A DNA stretch of 64,000 nt, from the IMG/VR virus record IMGVR_UViG_3300010357_000155; one strand, 5' to 3'. Under the pieces are notes generated by a model, which worked only from the letters and a program-made list of their open reading frames with translations, was not told the DNA's origin and searched no databases. Positions 37,918-47,804 of this stretch are shown one piece after another. Position 1 is the first letter of the stretch. Every line of letters begins with the position of its first letter. The DNA is from an uncultured virus (IMG/VR IMGVR_UViG_3300010357_000155). Taxonomy: Duplodnaviria; Heunggongvirae; Uroviricota; Caudoviricetes. The translations under genes and the position numbers were made by a program.

Positions 37918-38565
37918 TTAGAGACCTAGATCGTCAAGATCACCGACAATATCAGTGGTTTTGCTCTGAGTTTGTTGACCTTGTTGGGTCTTAATCGGAG
38001 CTGGCTTGCGAACGGTTGTGTATTCTTCTGCGGTGTATGCTTCGAGGATGCCACCGATAATGTCAATAACCAGATCAGCCAATCCTGAAGCTAACTTACA
38101 GGACATAACACTTTCTGGAATAACATTTTTATCACCATCCAGGAAACGATGGAATGGCGATGGCTTAACACTGAAAACGATCTTTGGTTTATTTTCAGCA
38201 ATAACGCTGAAATAAATAATGCCGTCTTTAGATTTACCGATATAGAGGGAACCAACAACGCGTTTATCCTTAGTCGGCTTATTATTCTCGTAAACTTGTC
38301 CGAGAGATTCAATAATAAACTTATTACCAGGTTGACCTGCAATCACATCTTTCAACATGTGCATGCAAGCAACCATTGTGGGGTAATCAGCAGGGAAAGC
38401 AATGACACCGTTAGGACCAGTGACACCAGTATAGACAGTAATTCGCGGGTTACCGTCACGGAAGCCGAAAACTAAACGCGGACGTTTTTGATCTGCGTCT
38501 GTTGAATCATCACCCCAAATGACCAATTTACTTAGGTCATAATACGTCTTGACAAGATTAGCCAT
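37918..38565 (-). CDS. chmC: ChmC-like (phiKZ gp67-like) nucleic-acid-binding protein
   Basis: NPRITVYTG, IGKSKDGIIYFSV…KPKIVF motifs; immediately upstream of the gp68-like gene; acidic tip DLDDLGL. Confidence 0.6.
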   Translation of the reverse strand: MANLVKTYYDLSKLVIWGDDSTDADQKRPRLVFGFRDGNPRITVYTGVTGPNGVIAFPADYPTMVACMHMLKDVIAGQPGNKFIIESLGQVYENNKPTKDKRVVGSLYIGKSKDGIIYFSVIAENKPKIVFSVKPSPFHRFLDGDKNVIPESVMSCKLASGLADLVIDIIGGILEAYTAEEYTTVRKPAPIKTQQGQQTQSKTTDIVGDLDDLGL

Positions 38566-38695
38566 GGTTTATCCTTTTTTTCAGGTGGAAATTATGTGGT
38601 TATTGAATATATCACACGATCAGTGTAGGTGTAAAAAAATAATAGAGTGACTAGACTAGTTAACTATTTTTTCTTTTTTCTCTAAGGAGTTAAAC

Positions 38696-39244
38696 ATGAA
38701 AGCTTTCAGAAATATCGCCGGTACTGTTGTTGAAGTGGATGTTGACGTTGATCTGCAAGGTCAACCGATTCTTCCTCCTGATACTACTGTTGATGAAAAA
38801 CCTGCTGCTAACGCAGGTCACTATGTTACTGTTGTCGGTAACGCATGGGTTCAAATTCCTATTCCTCAGGAAGTTGTTTCTTTTGAATACAAGAAACAAC
38901 AAGCTCTTGAGTCATTGGGTGTTTACAAGGCTTGGTACTTTGAACAACCCACTGATCATCTTGGTATCACGTTTGATGCTAACGATCAAGCTCGTAACCG
39001 TCTGACACAAGCTTTGGTTATCGAAAGCACGTCTGGTTATCTGCCGCCGGCATGGATCGCTGCTGATAATAGTCAATTCCCGCTGACAGTTAAGGCTGAC
39101 TTGGTTGGTATTGTTTCAGCTGTTCAAACTGCTTTCTCGACTCGTTTCTTTGAAATGGATGTCATTCGTCAGCAAATTCTTGCTGCTGGTGACGAAGCTG
39201 CTCTGGCTGCTATTGTTATTCCGTCTGTCCCGAACCAAATGTAA
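38696..39244 (+). CDS. DUF4376-like tail fibre assembly/accessory protein
   Basis: FDANDQARNRL…WIAADNSQFPLT..DL; AAGGAG RBS. Confidence 0.65.
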   Translation: MKAFRNIAGTVVEVDVDVDLQGQPILPPDTTVDEKPAANAGHYVTVVGNAWVQIPIPQEVVSFEYKKQQALESLGVYKAWYFEQPTDHLGITFDANDQARNRLTQALVIESTSGYLPPAWIAADNSQFPLTVKADLVGIVSAVQTAFSTRFFEMDVIRQQILAAGDEAALAAIVIPSVPNQM

Positions 39245-39251
39245 TAGAAGA

Positions 39252-39279
39252 CTACCAGAGGGTTTCGACCCTCTGGTAG
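39252..39279. terminator. Bidirectional terminator (CCAGAGGG family)
   Basis: CTACCAGAGGGT-ttcg-ACCCTCTGGTAG. Confidence 0.78.
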
Positions 39280-39286
39280 CTTTATC

Positions 39287-40096
39287 TTATTTATTTCCAC
39301 CAAACATAAAACCAAAAGAAAGTTCCGACGTTAATGGGTTAACATTAGGTTTCTTCTTCATAGCTGTCCATAGTTCGATACGCTCTTTAATAGGAGCTGG
39401 TTTAAACATGACATGGTCACCAAAGGTAGTGAGTAGTTTTTCCATAAATGGAAGGAAAGACATATCGTGTTCAGGAATAGGGTAGTATTTTGTGTTCCAG
39501 AGTTTTCTGGATTTAATAAGACCTGTATGAGATTCTAACAAATCAAGTTTAATAAATTTACCGTAACTCAATAAATCCCAAGGTACATGGGTAAATATCA
39601 ATGCTTGATCTTCTCTATTGAAATGGACAGCGTTACTAAACTGAGCAACTTCATCTTGTTTAGCCAGATGATCAAGACAATACTTAAAGATATTATCCAT
39701 AGCCATCTGTTTATCTGTAGTTGGTTTTCTTAGAATGTTATCTTTGTCGTAAGTCGATTTAACAAAGTTATAATTGTTAGCATAGAAATTAATGGTTAGA
39801 CCTTCTGAATGGAAGAACTCAGTCAACCATTCAATCTCATCCATTAATGTATCAAGAATATCTTTCTTAGGAACAAGAAGAATATCACCACTAGGAACAC
39901 TGGTGGTGATATTTCTTAAAAGAGTTGAGACATTAAAGATATAATTGTTATACGAGTTTAGTTCGATTTTGTCAGGAACGACACGAGTTTCGTCTACAAC
40001 ATCCTGAACTGGATCAAATATTGTTTCAAGTGCCAAGCCTGTAGCTATACTGACAGGAAAGCCTGACATTGATCTTAAGCTTAATGTTTCATTCAT
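39287..40096 (-). CDS. Conserved phiKZ-like protein (gp66-like)
   Basis: FPVSIATGLALE, TLLRN, LLESHTG, WNTK; overlaps the sbcD stop. Confidence 0.7.
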   Translation of the reverse strand: MNETLSLRSMSGFPVSIATGLALETIFDPVQDVVDETRVVPDKIELNSYNNYIFNVSTLLRNITTSVPSGDILLVPKKDILDTLMDEIEWLTEFFHSEGLTINFYANNYNFVKSTYDKDNILRKPTTDKQMAMDNIFKYCLDHLAKQDEVAQFSNAVHFNREDQALIFTHVPWDLLSYGKFIKLDLLESHTGLIKSRKLWNTKYYPIPEHDMSFLPFMEKLLTTFGDHVMFKPAPIKERIELWTAMKKKPNVNPLTSELSFGFMFGGNK

Positions 40097-41207
40097 GAGA
40101 ATTATCCTCCACATGTTTAAAGATTTCTACATACCCTAACAGCTTAACCATTTCTAGTTCTGTTAGATCATGTTTCGCTTTGATATTTGTTAACAACGTT
40201 TGGTGAATATTAGAGTCCAGAATAAAACTATCCGAAACTTCTAAAGGATCATCATCAGTTAATATATATGTTATTGAGTTTGAGTCCGATATGTTCTCCT
40301 TGATTATCTTTTTCATGTTATAATCAAGGTAACGTAATTTCAGTTCGTTAAAACTAACATTGAACTCATGTTCTTTATTAAGCAGTAAACGAATATAACT
40401 ATCGATAGGGTATTTAGCAATTAGTTTGTCAAGACGATCTAATGTGGTAGCGTTAGTAATATTAAGTGTTACATAAGTATATGCGTTCTTATTTTCGATA
40501 AATGTATAACGGTCATCTTCAACAACCACATAACCTTTAGGAGCTTCTTCTCCATGAGCAAGGCGTTCTAGACTACCACCTGCAATAATACGATCAAACT
40601 TCGAGAACATGTGATAATGACCTACGTGAATGTAACCACGTACAAGTTTAAGAAAGTATTCTTCCTTAAAATAGAAGCCGTTATACTTTTTACCAGCTAA
40701 CTGATATTTAAATTGACCGTGCATAATCGCAATGTCAACTTGGGTAATTGAATATTGATTTAGTTTTTCTTGTATCTGTAACTCTAATTCCTCATGAGAG
40801 TTAGTCCATTCATCAGGAATATATAAAACATATTTATCCACTCGTTCGATATATTCAATATCTAAAAACTTATGATACTTAAGATCACACTTATGTGTTC
40901 TAATATCATTAAGCTTAACCAAGATAGATGATTGTTGCCAGTCATGGCTTGGAGTTCCTTCAAGAATTCTTAAAAGAATATTATTAGCGTAACAATAGGT
41001 TAATAGATAATTAAAGAACTCAATGATACTATGCACTTCTTTAGAATTAAGATCAAGTAACCTATCGAATAAGTCACCTGCAATAAAAAGAATATCAAGA
41101 TCTTTATTTTGTTCAGTTAAGATTGTTGTCTTAAAAGAATTGATGATGTGTGTTGTAGGTGTTTTTAGATGACCAAGGTGGTTATCTGATGTGTTGGCGT
41201 ATTTCAT
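40089..41207 (-). CDS. sbcD: SbcD/Mre11-like metallophosphoesterase nuclease
   Basis: SDNHLGH, AGDLFD, GTPSHD, MHG, GHYH, GS.ERL.HGEE..KG. Confidence 0.9.
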   Translation of the reverse strand: MKYANTSDNHLGHLKTPTTHIINSFKTTILTEQNKDLDILFIAGDLFDRLLDLNSKEVHSIIEFFNYLLTYCYANNILLRILEGTPSHDWQQSSILVKLNDIRTHKCDLKYHKFLDIEYIERVDKYVLYIPDEWTNSHEELELQIQEKLNQYSITQVDIAIMHGQFKYQLAGKKYNGFYFKEEYFLKLVRGYIHVGHYHMFSKFDRIIAGGSLERLAHGEEAPKGYVVVEDDRYTFIENKNAYTYVTLNITNATTLDRLDKLIAKYPIDSYIRLLLNKEHEFNVSFNELKLRYLDYNMKKIIKENISDSNSITYILTDDDPLEVSDSFILDSNIHQTLLTNIKAKHDLTELEMVKLLGYVEIFKHVEDNSHE

Positions 41208-41330
41208 TAGCTATTTTCTATATGAAAAATCATACAATTCTTAGGATATTATTTTTTGTTTTACCCTTAACCTTAATGCGATTTACGCAATTCTGTGAAC
41301 CATATTTCAAGGCTAACTGAAGGAGTTAAC

Positions 41331-44300
41331 ATGAGAATTACTGTATTTAAAGCTGGCGGTAACGCTGGTACGGGTGGGTTTGTTAGTAACGGTCTTACGT
41401 TACAAGGTCCTCTGATTCTTTCAGGTCCACATTCTGAACCATTACACGCTGTTCCCAAGCAGTACATTGATAACATTGCTTACAATCTTAATGCAAATAA
41501 TGTTACTAGTGGAACATTGGCTGCTGCTAGACTTCCTGCTTTTATAGGCGACGCTACAACTATTCTTGGTTCTAGCAATATCATTTTATCAAACACTGGT
41601 GTTACACCTGGGTCTATCGTAAAACCGACTGTTGATGCTAAAGGTCGTGTTGTTAGTTCCGGCGCTTTAATTGAAACTGATATTTCTTCTGTTGGTTTTA
41701 ACAAAATCACTGCAAACAATCCAATAACACTTGACGGTTATGGTATCACTGATGGTGTGAAATTATCATCGGATATAACTTTACAAGGTAGTTTAATCCT
41801 TCACGCTGATCCTGTAAATGTCGATCACGCTGCTACCAAGCAGTATGTTGATGAAGCAGCAGGACAGGCTGGCGGTATATCTGTCGGTGACATTATTCGT
41901 AAACCTTACACTATAACTCCGTATGGTTTCTTGAAGTGTAACGGTGCCGAACTTGACAAAACAACCTATGCAAATCTTTATTCTATTATTGGTGATACAT
42001 TTAGTATTGAACTGACACCAGGTGCTGGTCGTCCGTGGCAACAACAAAATAGTTTTAATGATTTACAAAGCACTGATGTATTAGGTTGGACAGCTGGAAC
42101 ATCCTTACCTGGTGTTTTAGCTCTTGGTCAATCTTTAGTTACCAAAAATAGAGTTTATATCTTAGGTGGTTTTACCGGCACTGGTGCATTTGTTACCACG
42201 GTGTATACCGCTCCTATTAACACTGACGGAACACTGGGTGCTTGGACAACAGGTACAGCTATTCCTGTTGGATTACTTGACGCTTCTGTTTTCGTTGTCA
42301 AAAATAAAGCATATATCGTAGGTGGTAGAACAGGTACAGGTGTTGGAACCTATGTTTCTACTGTCTATGTTGCAAATATTAATTCAGATGGTACTATCGG
42401 TGCCTGGACTACATCACAAGCATTACCTAGTGTTTTAGGGTATTGCAAAACTATCGTTACTAAAAATAGAGTTTATACACTTGGTGGTTACAATGGTAGT
42501 ACTTATGTAACATCAATGTACAGTGCAGTTATTAATATTGACGGTACACTGGGTCCTTGGACAGTCCAAGGAACAACTCCGTATAGCGCTTCTGCTTGTT
42601 ACGTTGCTGTTATTAAAAACCGTGTCTACTTGATTGGTGGATACATCGGTACTTATAAACGTGATGTTTATTACGCAACTATCGATGGTGATGGTGTAAT
42701 TGGAACTTGGACTTCTGGTATATTTTTACCTAAAGGCATGGGACTAGGTGAATGTTTCGTTACAAAAAATAGAGTTTATATAACTTTTGCTGATGAACTT
42801 TATTCCGCAAATATAGCGTCAGACGGAAGTTTAAGTGTCTGGAGTAAAAATGCTACGTTATCAGCTAACATGACTGAAGCAGAATGTATTATTACAAGTA
42901 GTAAAGTTTATCTTATATCGTCTAGTCCTGGTGGTGGTTTTTACTACGGCAATGTTATTTCTGCTAATTTTGCTGGTGGTTTGGATGATTACTCTGCATA
43001 CTACGGAGACAGTGGTAGTAATTATGTTATACCAGGCGCCGGTCAACCATGGCGTCAGCAGTATGGTATAAATACGACTCAGTCTGCTGATATAACCGGA
43101 TGGATAAATGATGTTGATTTGCCAACTGCTTTGTCTGCGTCTGAAGCTATCGTCACTAAAAATCGTGTTTACCTTTGCGGTGGTACTGCTAACGGAACCA
43201 CATATCTTTCTACTGTTTACACAGCACCGATTAATGCTGACGGTACTTTAGGTACTTGGACCACTGGGACAGCCTTACCTGGTATTCTTGGTATTTCGCA
43301 AGCAGTGTTAACTAAGAACCGTGTTTATTTGTTAGGTGGTTCGACTAACGGATCAAATGCTGTCTCAACCGTTTACACTGCACCGATTAATGCTGATGGA
43401 ACACTGGGTGCTTGGACTACGGGTACCGCGTTACCTTCTGCTGTGGCTAGAGCACAAGCATTAGTTACTAAGAACCGTGTCTATCTCTTAGGTGGTAGCA
43501 ATGGTACTTCTGGCACATCTATAGCATACACTGCTCCCATTAACACCGATGGTACATTAGGTGCTTGGTCAGGAAGCACATCTTTACCTATCGGTGTATC
43601 ATCTACAAATGTCGCAGTTACTAAAAATAGAGTTTATATTATTGGTGGTGATAACACAACTCCTGCAACAATAAGGAATAGTTACACTGCTCCGATTAAT
43701 TCGGATGGTACATTAGGTGCTTGGGTAGCTGGACCGTTATTACCTAGCGGAAGAGCTTGGTCACAAATTTTTACCACTAATAATACAGTATATTTGTTTG
43801 GTGGACGTATATTTAACGGTGCAAACTACAACACAGTTTATAAAGCTTCTATTAATCCAGATGGTACACTGGGTGCTTGGTTAGGTGGTACTTCTTTACT
43901 AGCCGCCGGATCAGCCTCACAAGTGTTTATTACTAAAAATAAAATTTATTTACAAAATGGTATAAATGTTTATAGTGCAAACATTAGTTCGGTTATTCAA
44001 GATTACTCTCCGTACTATGACGGAACAATTAATTTTGATGACGCAACAATTAATTACATAATGCCTGGTTCTGGTAAACCTTGGCAACAACAGTATCAGA
44101 TCAATACGACTCAGTCTACTGATATTACAGGTTGGGTAACTGAATCTTCTGTATTACCTGTAACACTTTCCGCTTCCTCGGTGGTTGTTACTAAGAATCG
44201 TGTCTACCTTTTAGGTGGTGCAATTGCAGTTGGTACATATACATCTGTTTGTTATACAGCGTCAATTAATATTGACGGAACACTGGGTACCTGGACAACA

Positions 44301-45182
44301 GACGTTGCTTTGCCTGGTACACTAGGTGGTTCTCAAGCTATCGTTACCAAGAACCGTGTATATCTGCTAGGTGGAAACACTGGTAGTAGTTATGTTAATA
44401 CAGTATACACTGCTCCGATTAATTCGGATGGTACATTAGGTGCTTGGGTTACAGGTACATCATTACCAACAGTTTTTGGTATGGCACAAGCCTTTATCAC
44501 TAAGGATAGAGTTTATGTATGCGGTGGATATAACGGCACATCGCATACCTCTATTGTTTATACCGCACCGATTAATAGTGACGGTACTTTAGGGACCTGG
44601 GTATCTAGCACGTCATTACCTGGTAATTTAAGTTGGTCACAAGCCATTGTGACTAAAAATAGAGTATATCTATTAGGTGGTTCTGCTGTAACAGGAGCTG
44701 CTATTAGTACAGTGTACACTGCTGTCATTAATACAGATGGTACATTGGGTACTTGGTCAACAGGAACTGCTTTACCAGCTGTCAGAGGTTGGGCACAGGC
44801 TATTGTTGTTAAGGATCGTGTCTATCTCTTAGGTGGTAGTAACGGAACAACGTCACAGTCAACAGTATATACTGCTCCGATAAATACCGATGGAACACTG
44901 GGAACTTGGACAACCGGGACAGCTCTTCCAGGTTTAAGAAGTCATTCTCAAGCCATTGTTACTAAAAATTATGTATATCTATTAGCCGGTGGCACAGCTG
45001 CAGGAGGTTTTACAGATATTATTTATAGTGCCGCAATTTCTTCTGATATTCAAGACTATTCTCCGTATTATGATGGAACTATTCAACCAGTTTCCACTAT
45101 TTCTACAAAGTTTAGCTTACCAGATTACTCTGTACTCGATAAAGAGTTTGGTGAATATGTGACAAGTTATATTAAGTTCTAA
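41331..45182 (+). CDS. Tail fibre/receptor-binding protein with split collar and three 6-bladed Kelch propellers (paralog 2)
   Basis: Same N-terminal and collar architecture as 3576-6407; 18 blades; ends FSLPDY…YIKF; AAGGAG RBS sets the start at 41331. Confidence 0.75.
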   Translation: MRITVFKAGGNAGTGGFVSNGLTLQGPLILSGPHSEPLHAVPKQYIDNIAYNLNANNVTSGTLAAARLPAFIGDATTILGSSNIILSNTGVTPGSIVKPTVDAKGRVVSSGALIETDISSVGFNKITANNPITLDGYGITDGVKLSSDITLQGSLILHADPVNVDHAATKQYVDEAAGQAGGISVGDIIRKPYTITPYGFLKCNGAELDKTTYANLYSIIGDTFSIELTPGAGRPWQQQNSFNDLQSTDVLGWTAGTSLPGVLALGQSLVTKNRVYILGGFTGTGAFVTTVYTAPINTDGTLGAWTTGTAIPVGLLDASVFVVKNKAYIVGGRTGTGVGTYVSTVYVANINSDGTIGAWTTSQALPSVLGYCKTIVTKNRVYTLGGYNGSTYVTSMYSAVINIDGTLGPWTVQGTTPYSASACYVAVIKNRVYLIGGYIGTYKRDVYYATIDGDGVIGTWTSGIFLPKGMGLGECFVTKNRVYITFADELYSANIASDGSLSVWSKNATLSANMTEAECIITSSKVYLISSSPGGGFYYGNVISANFAGGLDDYSAYYGDSGSNYVIPGAGQPWRQQYGINTTQSADITGWINDVDLPTALSASEAIVTKNRVYLCGGTANGTTYLSTVYTAPINADGTLGTWTTGTALPGILGISQAVLTKNRVYLLGGSTNGSNAVSTVYTAPINADGTLGAWTTGTALPSAVARAQALVTKNRVYLLGGSNGTSGTSIAYTAPINTDGTLGAWSGSTSLPIGVSSTNVAVTKNRVYIIGGDNTTPATIRNSYTAPINSDGTLGAWVAGPLLPSGRAWSQIFTTNNTVYLFGGRIFNGANYNTVYKASINPDGTLGAWLGGTSLLAAGSASQVFITKNKIYLQNGINVYSANISSVIQDYSPYYDGTINFDDATINYIMPGSGKPWQQQYQINTTQSTDITGWVTESSVLPVTLSASSVVVTKNRVYLLGGAIAVGTYTSVCYTASINIDGTLGTWTTDVALPGTLGGSQAIVTKNRVYLLGGNTGSSYVNTVYTAPINSDGTLGAWVTGTSLPTVFGMAQAFITKDRVYVCGGYNGTSHTSIVYTAPINSDGTLGTWVSSTSLPGNLSWSQAIVTKNRVYLLGGSAVTGAAISTVYTAVINTDGTLGTWSTGTALPAVRGWAQAIVVKDRVYLLGGSNGTTSQSTVYTAPINTDGTLGTWTTGTALPGLRSHSQAIVTKNYVYLLAGGTAAGGFTDIIYSAAISSDIQDYSPYYDGTIQPVSTISTKFSLPDYSVLDKEFGEYVTSYIKF

Positions 45183-45191
45183 AAAATAAGA

Positions 45192-45219
45192 CACCAAGAG
45201 AGGTTACCCTCTCTTGGTG
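45192..45219. terminator. Bidirectional terminator
   Basis: CACCAAGAGAGG-ttac-CCTCTCTTGGTG. Confidence 0.75.
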
Positions 45220-45224
45220 ATCTT

Positions 45225-45914
45225 TTATTGTCGTACAAGATTTTCAAGCTTAGTTGGTTCTTTTTCTTTCTGAACCAAAGCAGAAGTTAAACCTTCTGTA
45301 AAATAATTACCAGCGACTTTATTCAATGTGCTTAATGCTGAATAATAAACATTAGTAAGATCCACATACTCGGCTTGAGCAGTTGGTTCTTGTCTTAAGA
45401 AAATAGATTTATCTTTTTTAGTTCTAGCAATAAAACTAGTTACTAGTTCGGTAGCAATAAAATTATTACCAAGATTACTATTAGAATAAGGATAAACATT
45501 ATCCATTACTTTAATTAGATCTTCGTAATCCATAAACCAAGGAGCTTTAGCGTAAATAAAGAAATTTTCAAATAGGTTATAACTTAACAGATCTTTTTTA
45601 ACTACATTAACATTATCAATAAGAACATCATCCTTACCATAGACAAATTGAATATAGGTTATATTTTCACGTTCAACTTCACGAATAATAATCGGAGATG
45701 TATTAACAAGTGTAGGAATAATAGAAACACTATATTTATCATCGATAATAATCGCAAACACACCGAATAAATAAGTGACATCTTGGATATCTAATAGTTC
45801 TTTGTTTTCATACCACTTAGGGAATTCTATAACTGTTTTTTCTTTTGTATAAATTTTACCGTCTTTTACATATAACTTAGACTTGATAAAGTCTTTATCT
45901 CTTTTTAACGACAT
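45225..45914 (-). CDS. Conserved phiKZ-like virion protein (gp174-like)
   Basis: KRD…GVFAIIIDDKY, PWFMDYEDL, GNYF.EGL.SALV, LE.L.R. Confidence 0.6.
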   Translation of the reverse strand: MSLKRDKDFIKSKLYVKDGKIYTKEKTVIEFPKWYENKELLDIQDVTYLFGVFAIIIDDKYSVSIIPTLVNTSPIIIREVERENITYIQFVYGKDDVLIDNVNVVKKDLLSYNLFENFFIYAKAPWFMDYEDLIKVMDNVYPYSNSNLGNNFIATELVTSFIARTKKDKSIFLRQEPTAQAEYVDLTNVYYSALSTLNKVAGNYFTEGLTSALVQKEKEPTKLENLVRQ

Positions 45915-46226
45915 TCAAGTTCCTTTCATTCTATCCAATAACCAATCAGGAAGATCTGGTAACTGAACTGTTTGACCTGCTAAATTGTGTTTACTATCAG
46001 AACAAAAATCAATTTGTCCGTCTCTTATAAAGTAATGACATTGACCAGTAATGTTTATAGAAGGATTAAATGTTGGGTTATTGGGATCATTATTCCATGT
46101 CCACATAGCACCATTATGATTTTTAGTTTTGGTATTTATCATATGTAAAGAATCACACCCAGGACACCAATGTAATAATTCACCATTACCACTATCTCTT
46201 ATTTTATTAGACAGTAAAAATCCCAT
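45915..46226 (-). CDS. DUF6527-like Cys/His metal-binding protein
   Basis: HWCPGC…H…PTFNPSI…CHYFIRDG…SDS.H. Confidence 0.7.
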   Translation of the reverse strand: MGFLLSNKIRDSGNGELLHWCPGCDSLHMINTKTKNHNGAMWTWNNDPNNPTFNPSINITGQCHYFIRDGQIDFCSDSKHNLAGQTVQLPDLPDWLLDRMKGT

Positions 46227-46930
46227 TATTTTTTCTCTGCAAAATAATATTTGTTGTACTTTGGAATATTGCTGTGAAAAACATCTTCAACATGATGCCG
46301 ATTAATATCACAAGCAGAACGTGTCCCGTAAAGTACTTTCTTGCTCTTCAGGCAATACTTCTCTACATTATTGAACCAGATATTAGGATTACAATTTTGA
46401 GCTAATCCACACGCTCTACGTTCTTTTAAGACACCACCTAACCCACCATTATAAGCAGCATCTACCATTTGCATTCTGTATTCAGGATTTTCTATATTGT
46501 AAAGTTTTTTATATGATTCTTTCAACATAAGAACCATCATACGAATTTGAAGATCTGGTCTTTGATAAATAGTTTCCCATCTTGCTTCATGTAGTTCTGT
46601 CTTATAACGTTTAGCCATATCTGTTAAGGCATCAAACCTGACAGTTCCATCTGCTTTATATGCTCTCGTTATTTGACCTAAACCAGCGCCTTCTTCTCTA
46701 GCTGTTTTCAGTCTAGATAAACTATTCCAACATTTTTTATGTTTAAGATGTAAACAACTTTCATGTTCTGTTAATGAAGGAACATAGTTGTAATTATAAA
46801 GCTCAGGGAAATAAAGATCTAACTGTGATTTAATAGTATCTTTAAATGTAAATGCTTGAGGTGGAATAAAATCTACTTCAGCAAATACTAAGTTACTAAA
46901 TAACACAAAAAGAAAAATTAAGTATTTCAT
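46226..46930 (-). CDS. Lytic transglycosylase (SLT-like) with N-terminal signal peptide
   Basis: MKYLIFLFVLFSNLVFA signal; EHES catalytic Glu, GAGLGQ, AAYNGG. Confidence 0.85.
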   Translation of the reverse strand: MKYLIFLFVLFSNLVFAEVDFIPPQAFTFKDTIKSQLDLYFPELYNYNYVPSLTEHESCLHLKHKKCWNSLSRLKTAREEGAGLGQITRAYKADGTVRFDALTDMAKRYKTELHEARWETIYQRPDLQIRMMVLMLKESYKKLYNIENPEYRMQMVDAAYNGGLGGVLKERRACGLAQNCNPNIWFNNVEKYCLKSKKVLYGTRSACDINRHHVEDVFHSNIPKYNKYYFAEKK

Positions 46931-47202
46931 GTCGGTACTCCTTCCACTAGTTGTTTCATTGACTCTAACTTTTCTTTAATTAATTTATAACCAAGTTTTT
47001 CTGTATCTGACATTTCTTCAGGACAGTATTTTAATTTAAGTTCATAAACTTCTAATTGTTTTTTATCATGCTCTACTGCGGCTACTTTAGCAAATGTTTC
47101 CATCAGACTAGCATGATGTTCTGCTCTCATCAGTCTTTGATTAAGATAGTCAGCATTTTCGTTTGCTTTTTTGACTGCGGAACGTTTGCGGCTTGAACTC
47201 AT
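46927..47202 (-). CDS. Hypothetical coiled-coil protein
   Basis: AAGGA RBS; ATGA-coupled to the transglycosylase. Confidence 0.55.
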   Translation of the reverse strand: MSSSRKRSAVKKANENADYLNQRLMRAEHHASLMETFAKVAAVEHDKKQLEVYELKLKYCPEEMSDTEKLGYKLIKEKLESMKQLVEGVPT

Positions 47203-47264
47203 TTTCTTTCCTTTATTGTGTGATTTGAACAAAATTCTTTGATTAACCTTAAAAGGATACTAAA

Positions 47265-47804
47265 ATGTCGATCCGATATTCAGAAATCAGAGACACTTTA
47301 AAAACAGGAGATCTTGTCTCTTGGAAAGCAGGAAAAGTTAATTCTTTTTTCACCTTGGTGTTGAAGATTTATCAAAAAATTCTCAAACCTAAATCTGTGC
47401 ATGTAGGTATTGTGTTTGTTATTGGTGGTCGTAACTTTGTTATCGAGGCTCGTCCTCCACAAGTTAGAATTTACCCACTGTCTAAGATGGAAGATTTTTA
47501 TCTTATTCGTACAAATATTGAAGAATCAAATGCCAATGTTGATTTTCTATTAACAGAAGTTGGTGTTGAATATAGCATTTTAGATTTATTTAGAGGTTTG
47601 CTTTTTTCAGATGGTAAAAATAATAAACAAATTTATTGTTCTGAACTTGATGCTCTTTATTATGAAGCTGTAAAACTTCTTGATGCTGAGAAATACGATG
47701 AAGCCTGGAGAACTCCAGACAACTTAATTGAGGCTGTGTGTAAAATCACAGGGTCTACACCTATTCATGTTAGAATTGATAGAGGAAACTTAAATGCCGT
47801 TTAA
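47265..47804 (+). CDS. Permuted papain-like (NlpC/P60, YaeF/YiiX-type) amidase
   Basis: GDLV…HVGI…IEA…G.EY…YCSEL, with His before Cys. Confidence 0.8.
   Translation: MSIRYSEIRDTLKTGDLVSWKAGKVNSFFTLVLKIYQKILKPKSVHVGIVFVIGGRNFVIEARPPQVRIYPLSKMEDFYLIRTNIEESNANVDFLLTEVGVEYSILDLFRGLLFSDGKNNKQIYCSELDALYYEAVKLLDAEKYDEAWRTPDNLIEAVCKITGSTPIHVRIDRGNLNAV

Noticed and set aside
6407..41331. Invertible segment between oppositely oriented Kelch paralogs
   Set aside because: No invertase or terminal inverted repeat seen; identity is limited to short patches
41331..45182. Diversity-generating retroelement or CRISPR array as the source of the repeats
   Set aside because: Repeats are in-frame protein repeats; no reverse transcriptase, adenine-specific template/variable pair or repeat-spacer array seen in the window
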